64,000 bases of DNA from an uncultured Eubacteriaceae bacterium (lineage in GTDB: Bacteria > Bacillota > Clostridia > Eubacteriales > UBA1433): the NCBI GenBank assembly GCA_964533615.1, contig CAZHMK010000005.1, forward strand, positions 141,218 to 205,217, in the 5' to 3' direction. The notes under the pieces are model-generated. The model was not told the DNA's origin and ran no database searches. It saw only the letters and a list, made by a program, of their open reading frames with translations. This document shows, in pieces, positions 57,065 to 64,000 of this stretch. Each line of letters opens with the position of its first letter. Position 1 is the first letter of the stretch. The position numbers were made by a program, and so were the translations under genes.

Positions 57065-59611
57065 TCAAGTTATATCATCGTGAAGTGCGTCAATGATATT
57101 TTCTTTTTTTATCTTTCTGACGGCATACAGCATGGTAATAAATATTACAAGGAAAACCCCGCACACGCTGATGCCAATGCTGCTCCACGGGAACATAAAA
57201 TCGAGGTCAGCACCGCCGATGTCCATTCCTTTATAAATCAGCCAAGAGAGAATCCCGGCGACAGGCAGGCCGAACAACAATGTCCGCAGCCCATAAAAGG
57301 CGCACTCAAAACGCATCATTTTATTAAAATCGCGGTCGGACATTCCCACAGAGCGGAGCATGGCAAGTTCTCGCCGCCGCAGCCTGATATTGGTGGAGAT
57401 CGTGTTGAACACATTGGCAATCGCAATCAGCGAGATCATAATGATAAAAACAACGGTAAACAGGTTAACAATGAATAGGGTATTGCGGTTCTGTTCAAGC
57501 GTCTCATAGATATTGTATAGGGTATATTGGGAGGTGATTCCCGCACCCTCAAGTATTGTTGTCATCTCATTCACCGACTGTGCCGGATTCTCGGATAAAA
57601 AAGTCAAGCCCAGTTCCTCTTGTTCGCCGGGGGCTTCAAACTTCTCTTTCAGCGAATAGGGAGCGACCATCATAAAAACGCAAGACTCCGGCGCGGAAGA
57701 CTCCCTTGGAAGCGTATCAAGCGGTATCGTATCGACAAAGGTCATATCTATATTTTGCCCCTGATTCGCCGCCTCATCATCCGTTTCGGGGAAAATTGTG
57801 AACGCCATGGAGTTGTCCGCGAACATGTTAGACAGCTCGCCTTGATCGTTAAATTTGGCGACGGCGATCATTTTTGCGTTTTCCCTGGTGTATTCCTCTG
57901 TGGACAAGCCCAGGCCTTTGATAAAACTCAAGAATTCACTATCCTCAATAAACTGAATGTCCATTGACAGGTCGGCCGTTTCGTTCGGCGAATCATATCC
58001 TGCGAATTCCCGGTAGCGGTCTGAAAAATTGCTTCCCTTAACCGCGCAGGAATACGTCATAATGGCCTGGTAGGAGCTGCTGTAAACCCCGTTGGCCGTT
58101 TTCAATTGATCGTAAAGTTGGAACACTCCGTCTTCGTCCATTTCCTGCGTTGAAAAACAGATGTCATAGTCGCTGTCCACTACGGACCGTTCCGCCTCCT
58201 GTTTCAGATATGTTCCGAAAGTGCTTGCCGATACAAACAGCACGACGCTTAAAGTAAGCGATAACACGATGCTCCGATAACGTTTCTTGTTTCTTTTAAA
58301 GTTCTTTAACGCAAGAGTCCCTTCCAACCCGTAGATGTCCTCCGCGAACTTTGATGTTTTTACAGCTTTTGATTCGAGTTTAACCTCGTTCGTTTGGCGA
58401 ATACACTCCATCACGGGAGTGTCGGCGGCCTTGCGGGCCGGGATATAGGCCGAGATCAAAATAGTGACCATGCTGACCACCGCCGCGATGACAATCGCGA
58501 GGACGGACACCGTCAAGGTTAAAGGTACGGTGCTGTAGGCAATGCTCCCGAAATTTTTGGCGACAATGGAAATCACAAGCTTGATACTGCCGATGCCAAC
58601 AAGCACGCCTATCGGTATACCGACCGCACCTATGCAAAGCCCCTCAAACAGCACCGAATTCCGTAGTTGTTTTGCCGTGGCTCCCACAGAGGATAGAATC
58701 CCGAACTGCTGTATGCGTTCGTTCAGCGATATGTTAAACGAATTATAAATCAGAAAGACCGAGCCTATCATAATCAAGGCAACCAAAATGCCGCCAATCG
58801 AGTACAGAAGCGCGTTGAACATCGTATCATCCGAAAGGCCAATGAAGCGCAACACATTATCATTAAATACATAGCTATAGATTTCGGTTGTGCTGCTGGC
58901 ATAAGTACGGACTTGGCGCGGGTTCGTCAGCGTGACAAATATGCTGTAGCTGTCCACGTTGTTCGTTATATCTGCTGTTGTTATCAAGGTATATCCCGGT
59001 GCGGAATACTCCTCAAAAGCGGGTCTTTCGTAGATACCGACAACAGTGTAGGTTTTCTCGGTTTGGGGCACAAGGGTTTCCTCCCCTGTAGCGTAAGGGG
59101 TATGTTGTCCGAGCGTTTCGTCTCCGTCCATACGGCTTCCGACAGCAAGTGAAAGCGTGTTGCCCACCGAATATTTAACACCGCCGTTTGTCGCAACGTG
59201 CGCCGGGATAAGAATTTCTCCGCTATTTCCCGGCATTCTGCCTGAAACCAAGGTTATCGGCACGGTATCAAAGGCTTCCTCGCTGAATCCGGTTATAAAA
59301 AGATAGGGCTTATTGGGATTTTGCCCGCCTTCAAGCGCGGCATAACCGATATTTTCAATTGCGGTGGCGTTTGCAACTCCATTGTCGAGAGATCGTTTCT
59401 CTACAAAAGAGGAATCAACGTTCAAAAATTCGACGTGCCAACCGCCGTATTTCACGACCGCGCCGTTTACCATATAGTTTTGCAGGGAAACGGCAAAGGT
59501 AGCAACTGCCGTAATCATGGCGGCGGACAGGACAACTCCGATAATTGTTACAATCGTTCGTGTGCGGCTTTTTTTCATGCCCTGCAGGGTCACTTTGTTG
59601 AAAATGTTCAT
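57065..59611 (-). CDS. FtsX-family ABC transporter permease (large, 848 aa)
   Basis: Two FtsX-type 4-TM modules with large extracytoplasmic loops. Overlaps the ATPase gene by 4 nt. Confidence 0.85.
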   Translation of the reverse strand: MNIFNKVTLQGMKKSRTRTIVTIIGVVLSAAMITAVATFAVSLQNYMVNGAVVKYGGWHVEFLNVDSSFVEKRSLDNGVANATAIENIGYAALEGGQNPNKPYLFITGFSEEAFDTVPITLVSGRMPGNSGEILIPAHVATNGGVKYSVGNTLSLAVGSRMDGDETLGQHTPYATGEETLVPQTEKTYTVVGIYERPAFEEYSAPGYTLITTADITNNVDSYSIFVTLTNPRQVRTYASSTTEIYSYVFNDNVLRFIGLSDDTMFNALLYSIGGILVALIMIGSVFLIYNSFNISLNERIQQFGILSSVGATAKQLRNSVLFEGLCIGAVGIPIGVLVGIGSIKLVISIVAKNFGSIAYSTVPLTLTVSVLAIVIAAVVSMVTILISAYIPARKAADTPVMECIRQTNEVKLESKAVKTSKFAEDIYGLEGTLALKNFKRNKKRYRSIVLSLTLSVVLFVSASTFGTYLKQEAERSVVDSDYDICFSTQEMDEDGVFQLYDQLKTANGVYSSSYQAIMTYSCAVKGSNFSDRYREFAGYDSPNETADLSMDIQFIEDSEFLSFIKGLGLSTEEYTRENAKMIAVAKFNDQGELSNMFADNSMAFTIFPETDDEAANQGQNIDMTFVDTIPLDTLPRESSAPESCVFMMVAPYSLKEKFEAPGEQEELGLTFLSENPAQSVNEMTTILEGAGITSQYTLYNIYETLEQNRNTLFIVNLFTVVFIIMISLIAIANVFNTISTNIRLRRRELAMLRSVGMSDRDFNKMMRFECAFYGLRTLLFGLPVAGILSWLIYKGMDIGGADLDFMFPWSSIGISVCGVFLVIFITMLYAVRKIKKENIIDALHDDIT

Positions 59612-60291
59612 GGCCGTACCCTCTCATCCCGCACGATTTTGCCATCTGATATGCCGACAATGCGGTCTGCTTGCAGGGCAATATTCTCGTCATGCGTGAC
59701 GATGATAAGGGTTTGCCCGTATTTTTTATGGCTTAATTTCAGCAGATTGATAATTTCATATCCATTCCGACTGTCCAAATTGCCCGTGGGTTCGTCGGCA
59801 AGCATGACCGCCGGGGCGTTCATTAAAGCGCGCCCTATGGAAACGCGCTGCTGCTGACCGCCCGAAAGCTGATTGGGCAAATGCGTTTTTCTGTCTTTTA
59901 GCCCAAGCAGGTCCAACAAGTCATTCAGCCGTTCCTTATTGACCTTGCGCTTGTCCATCAGTATAGGCAAGGTGACGTTTTCTACCACATTCAGAGTGGG
60001 AATGAGGTTGTGAAACTGGTAAATCAGCCCAACCTGCCGCCTGCGGAAAATGGCGAGTTTTTCATTGCTTTGGGCATATACGTCCTACCCGTCCAAATAT
60101 ACCTTTCCGCTTGTCGGCATGTCCACACCGGCCATAATGTGAAGCAATGTGGATTTGCCGGAGCCGGAGGAGCCGATGACTGCGGTAAACGCTCCCTTTT
60201 CGATTGTAAGCGAAACATGGTCAAGCGCGGTAACCTGATTTGCACCCTTGCCATAGACCTTGCATAGATCTTCAACTCTTAATAGCTCCAT
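59608..60291 (-). pseudogene. ABC transporter ATP-binding protein with an in-frame TAG
   Basis: Walker [10 protein letters not shown] ... YLDG-TAG(60085-60087)-DVYAQSNEKLAIFRRRQVGLIYQFHNL ... LSGGQQQRVSIGRAL, MLADEPTGNLD. A single stop codon splits an otherwise colinear gene. Start Met 60291 follows RBS aaaggagg. Confidence 0.8.
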
Positions 60292-60321
60292 TATGAGCCT
60301 CCTTTGCATTTTTTATCTGTT

Positions 60322-60699
60322 TCAAACCTGTTTTTCAGTTTTCTGGTCGGTACCGTTACACAGCAGTACAATACCCGTAACCGTCAGGGCTATCGCCGGA
60401 ATAAACGGCCAGAAAGGAATCCAGTCGAGATGGAGCAGGTTGCGAAGATTTGTCAGCGTGAGTACCAGGGCAAAGCCTGTCTGCGCGTAGTGGCGTTTGC
60501 GCACCGCGTCAATCAACCACAGCACACCAAGGGTGCAAATCAGCACTCCCAAAATAAACAAAGAGTCAAAAAAATTAGACAGGGGCCTCCAAAACGGGGA
60601 GAGACCAGACCAAAACTCGTTTGGTACAAGTTGCCCCAGCAGCAAAATTCCACCCAATACAATTAACACAATGCCGGAGGTTTTATTGCGTTTCTTCAT
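60322..60699 (-). CDS. Small membrane protein
   Basis: Met 60699 follows RBS aaaggag. 4 predicted TM helices. Confidence 0.6.
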   Translation of the reverse strand: MKKRNKTSGIVLIVLGGILLLGQLVPNEFWSGLSPFWRPLSNFFDSLFILGVLICTLGVLWLIDAVRKRHYAQTGFALVLTLTNLRNLLHLDWIPFWPFIPAIALTVTGIVLLCNGTDQKTEKQV

Positions 60700-60937
60700 G
60701 GTGAAAACTCCTTTCATCTATATGATCGTTCAAGGCGCGAAACGTATGCTTTTTTAGGGCGAGCCACAAAAAATGCCGCATGGTTTGCGCTTCCGGGTCA
60801 TACAACCAGCGGCATGTGCGGCAAGCGTCATCGGCGGTATACGTGTATACGGCTTCGCCTTTGCGTGTTCTCATCGCCTTTACTCATATCATGGAGCTTT
60901 CAACTGACATCCCGGTGACTTTCCGGTGAGAGATCCG

Positions 60938-61926
60938 TCACTTTGGGAAACGAATGGCAAATATCGCGCCGCCCTGCGGGTGATTTTTTGCAGTAATCGT
61001 TCCTCCCTGTCGCGTTATTATCATCTTGCAGAGAGCCAATCCAATCCCATATCCTGTCGAGCCTGCGTTTTTCCCACGATAGAATCTGTCAAACAGGCGA
61101 GGTAAATCTTCTTTTTCAAAGCCCGCGCCGCTGTCGTGGATGATCACCTCGGTAAACAGTGGGTTATCCTCGCAAAGAATCTCAATCTTCCCATTATCGC
61201 CTACGCTTTCCATGCAATTTTTGAGGATATTTTGAATTGCTTCCGAAAGCCAACCCGGATCGCCTTGAATAATGATTCCTTTCGGCGCGTTTATTTGCAA
61301 AGCAATATCGTGCAGCTCCATTGAGATTAAAAACGGGTGAAGCGCAGCGTTTATCAAAGTACTCACATCTATCTGCTCGCTTTGGAAAACCACAATGCCC
61401 GCGTCCAGACGGGATAATTTCAACAGAGAAGTCAGCAGCCAATCCACCTGTACAAACAACTCCTCTGTTTCCCGCATCAATGCTTTCCGGTCATTTTCGT
61501 CAGGGCTCTTCTCTAACAATGACAGAATAAGGTTCGGGATGTAAGAGGGGTGCGGAGTTGATGGGCTATGTCGGCCAGCGAATCCGCAAGATGTTTTTTT
61601 TCTTTTTTCAACGCTTCGTTTTTTTCCCGTATACGTAGCGTCATTTTTGTTATCTCGCTTTGCAGAATGGAAAGTTCGCCCTCGTTCGATTCACCAATAT
61701 ACAGATGGTCAGCGTTATGAAGCACAAGATCGATTTGATCTGAAATCCGCTCAATGCTTTTATATCGGGCTTTGGTAAATGCGAAAAACGCTGTTTCAAC
61801 GGCGGCGGCAAAAGAAATGGCAAGGATTCCAGCCGCTGCGTTGATTGCAAATCCCAGCGTCACAGCGGCGGTAGCTATTAAAGAGAACAAAATGGCAAAA
61901 TGCAGGAATTCTCTATTCCGAAGCAT
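60938..61926 (-). pseudogene. Sensor histidine kinase, frameshifted after the H-box
   Basis: The N-terminal ORF has 2 TM helices and the H-box IAHQLRTPLTS, then a stop at 61513. The C-terminal ORF continues as NLILSLLEKSPDE... with the HATPase_c motifs GYGIGLAL. The frames join with a 1-nt gap at or near the GGG run at 61536-61538. Confidence 0.8.
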
Positions 61927-62599
61927 ACCCGTCCCCCAATCTATATCCTGTTCCGCGAACGGTCAGAATGATTTGTGGGCTTGCAGGGTCGTTCTCTATC
62001 TTTTCCCGCAGGCGTTTAATGTACACGGTCAATGTATTGTCATTAACAAACTCGCCCGAAGCATCCCACAATTCGTCAAGCAGCCTGCTCCTGGTGATAA
62101 TGCTTTTTGGATTGTTAATAAATACCAATAACAAGCGGTATTCTAAGGCTGAAAGAAAGACCTCGTTGCCGTCCTTTTTCACAACGCCACTTGCCGTATC
62201 GACATGAAGTCCGCAGATTTCAAAAGCCGATGGGGAACGTCCGCTTTTTCGCAGGGCGGTTTTGATTCGCGCGATTAATTCACACGGACGAAAAGGCTTA
62301 GTGACATAGTCGTCAGCGCCCATGTTCAGCCCGGTAACAACACTCGCCTCATCGTCGGAAGCCGTCAGAAAAATAACGGGAACATCTTGTGTTTCTTTGA
62401 TTTCCGTGCAAACCGTAAAGCCATTTCCGTCAGGTAAAGAAATATCAATCAACGCTAAGTCAAATTTATTCCCGTTAAGCGCGGCAAGGGCATCCCCCCG
62501 CGTAGGGGCGTGCGTAACTGTAAATCCCTCCGAGCGAAGCAAAAGCATAAGGTTTTTAGCGATTACCTTATCATCCTCAACCAAAAATATCCGTTTCAT
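61913..62599 (-). CDS. OmpR-family response regulator
   Basis: Receiver domain (FLVEDD, DLALIDISLPDG, K in VTKPF) plus a winged-helix output domain (TVRGTGYRL). Confidence 0.9.
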   Translation of the reverse strand: MKRIFLVEDDKVIAKNLMLLLRSEGFTVTHAPTRGDALAALNGNKFDLALIDISLPDGNGFTVCTEIKETQDVPVIFLTASDDEASVVTGLNMGADDYVTKPFRPCELIARIKTALRKSGRSPSAFEICGLHVDTASGVVKKDGNEVFLSALEYRLLLVFINNPKSIITRSRLLDELWDASGEFVNDNTLTVYIKRLREKIENDPASPQIILTVRGTGYRLGDGYASE

Positions 62600-62790
62600 T
62601 TATTTTCATCATCCTTTATTTTATTGCGCCTATATCGTCTGTCAGCCGGTTTTTCAGCGTCAGCCGGAACAAGCCGTGTATTTCCCATTTTTTTAGCTCC
62701 CTTAATTCGCCTGGCAGAGCAATGGTATACGACCATTCTGCCTGTAATCCCCCAAATTTTCGTTGTTTCTTTTGTCGTTATATAATCCAC
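62596..62790 (-). CDS. Small excisionase/MerR-like HTH protein
   Basis: GTG 62790 lies 8 nt after RBS ggagg. DYITTKETTKIWGITGRMVVYHCSARRIKGAKKMGNTRLVPADAEKP is a common HTH family in Clostridial mobile cassettes. Overlaps the response regulator gene by 4 nt. Confidence 0.6.
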   Translation of the reverse strand: MDYITTKETTKIWGITGRMVVYHCSARRIKGAKKMGNTRLVPADAEKPADRRYRRNKIKDDENK

Positions 62791-62907
62791 CCATAACACC
62801 TCCACAATTTTATTATATTTCTTTTGGCGAAAATATACAAAGAGGGAAATAACTTGGGGATAGACGAAAGACATCGCGAGTATCCGTATAATGGGTAGGG
62901 ACACTTT

Positions 62908-63260
62908 TTAAATATAGATCAGTTCTGATAAGATGATTTCCTCGGCCTGTGCTTTCAATGCATTCATCAGGCCAACCCATTTCATGGGGTCGCTGGCTTT
63001 CAACTGTTCCGTCACATCTGCTGATTCCATCAGCTTAGGCATCATCATTTCAAGTCTGCAGTGTGTTGCTTCATCAATCTCCAGTAAATGCGGATACAGT
63101 TTCTCGCTTAAAATCAGGCTACTGTAAGGCCGGGCCGGTATTTCTTCAAATACCGTTTTCTCATACGCCCATACTTACCAATGGGTTTATCCGGTTGGTT
63201 TTTAAGGGCCAAGTCGGGGATGTAGTAGTCTTCGTTACAGGAATAGGTCAAGTCTGCCAT
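62908..63260 (-). pseudogene. tnpV: TnpV-like transposon protein, frameshifted
   Basis: MADLTYSCNEDYYIPDLALKNQPDKPIGKYGRMRKRYLKKYRPGL, then a frame break near 63126, then ..SSLILSEKLYPHLLEIDEA...VTEQLKASDPMKWVGLMNALKAQAEEI. The 353-nt length is not a multiple of 3. Confidence 0.75.
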
Positions 63261-63443
63261 TGCGGTCACTCCTTTTCTTGTTTATGGTTTTAAGAAAAGT
63301 TCAGTTGATCGTGTCCCTGTTTGTGAATTTTATGGGCAAATGAACTCTTCACGAACAAGTATGGCATATCTTTATTTACTGTTTAATAAAGAAGTATTTA
63401 TGAAATATTTAGAAAGGGCAGCAGATAAGTGAAATGCGGCAAT

Positions 63444-63481
63444 AATAATAGGCTACTGATTTTATGCAATAGCCTATTATT
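63444..63481 (-). terminator. Terminator downstream of the nrdD-like gene
   Basis: 12-bp stem aataataggcta / tagcctattatt with an AT-rich tail on the minus strand. Confidence 0.55.
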
Positions 63482-63632
63482 TGTGTTTTGAAGAAAAGGG
63501 CGAAGCGATAGAGTACAGTGTATGCAAAGCGTTTTTTTTACTGTGAATGAAATAGTCGGCGTTTTTATGCTGCATTTTTTATAATAAATATTTTAAAAAC
63601 AAATGATATTTGCATATACTATGGGTTATGAG

Positions 63633-64000
63633 CTATATATTTTGAATATATGTTTTTATTTTCTCGATTCCGGCAATGATTTCCGTGCTATTTGAAGATA
63701 GGGTCACAAGTGTGGGAGCTTGTTGGACCCCGTATTTGTCAACTTGATCCTGATGATTTACTGCATCAACAGATACATATTGAATATTAGCGGTATCTAA
63801 CAATTTTTTTACCGTTTTGCAATTTACGCAAGTTGGAGTCGTAAACAAGATAAATTCCATATTTTCTTTCTTTTCATCTTTAAAAGCTGTTTTTGATTGA
63901 GTGGGAATATATACCTTGCGGTCTTTATACTCCTGCATTTTTCCTGCATTCCAGTTTTTAACGGGACGATAATAACCGGTAATACGGCTGTATACCTCCG
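63633..64000 (-). CDS. nrdD: Anaerobic ribonucleotide reductase C-terminus fused to a glutaredoxin/NrdH-like domain (5' end outside window)
   Basis: The frame stays open upstream of Met 63938 to the window edge and reads EVYSRITGYYRPVKNWNAGK, a glycyl-radical RxTGY region. It is followed in frame by a thioredoxin-fold segment FILFTTPTCVNCKTVKKLL. Confidence 0.6.
   Translation of the reverse strand, partial: EVYSRITGYYRPVKNWNAGKMQEYKDRKVYIPTQSKTAFKDEKKENMEFILFTTPTCVNCKTVKKLLDTANIQYVSVDAVNHQDQVDKYGVQQAPTLVTLSSNSTEIIAGIEKIKTYIQNI

Noticed and set aside
60085-60087. The in-frame TAG might be a pyrrolysine codon.
   Set aside because: No pyl genes are visible in the window. The position aligns with an ordinary variable residue of ABC ATPases. 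Two other genes in the same cassette are also broken, so a nonsense mutation or sequencing error is simpler.
60683-60874. A 63-aa ORF lies between the kinase and the small membrane protein gene.
   Set aside because: It has no RBS or motif, and it overlaps the better-supported start of 60322-60699. It remains possible but unsupported.
1-64000. I looked for tRNA, rRNA, tmRNA and RNase P genes.
   Set aside because: I found no cloverleaf-compatible segments or conserved rRNA blocks by eye. A tRNAscan/Infernal run is needed to be certain.

Overview
This is a chromosomal segment of a low-to-moderate-GC Firmicute. The gene content looks Clostridia-like: CIRCE operator plus Hsp20, KamA-type radical SAM enzyme, DUF975, Bce-like FtsX/ABC module, TnpV. 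I count about 60 protein-coding genes and recognise no rRNA, tRNA or CRISPR array. The ordinary genes are an ABC exporter, an AbrB plus alpha/beta-hydrolase pair, GNATs, LysE, ablA-ablB, a GntR/CoA-transferase/MFS/YkvI/IlvD cluster, panE, an AlkD-like protein, an ABC-F protein, a serine hydrolase, a 2-hydroxyacid dehydrogenase and the NrdD C-terminus. They are interspersed with clearly accessory material of four kinds. (i) There are three very AT-rich islands of orphan genes. The first is a 3-gene operon of an OLD-type ATPase/Toprim protein, a ParB-fold protein and a Dam-class methyltransferase (35003-39156); it is my top candidate for an undescribed defence system. The second is a solitary 535-aa protein with a HEPN-like C-terminal motif (22907-24514). 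The third is a 2-gene cassette (1472-2766) whose insertion truncated a lipoprotein paralog and whose first gene is split at an A9 tract. (ii) An extremely dense family of ~35-nt core repeats (cagattcttcgacNNgctcagaatgacac and variants) forms modular arrays and inverted doublets at 11 or more intergenic sites. I count roughly 50 cores by eye, essentially all co-oriented. The largest arrays flank a RAYT/IS200-like Y1 transposase gene (42540-43052). (iii) A prophage-type immunity/replication remnant lies at 51254-53937. (iv) A higher-GC, TnpV-associated two-component plus ABC module carries three independent gene lesions (57065-63260). Visible regulation includes CIRCE-hsp20, a leader-peptide attenuator before the ABC-F gene, a long terminator-containing leader before ablAB, and several near-consensus promoters with palindromic operators. 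All functional calls come from motifs read by eye; no database search was possible.
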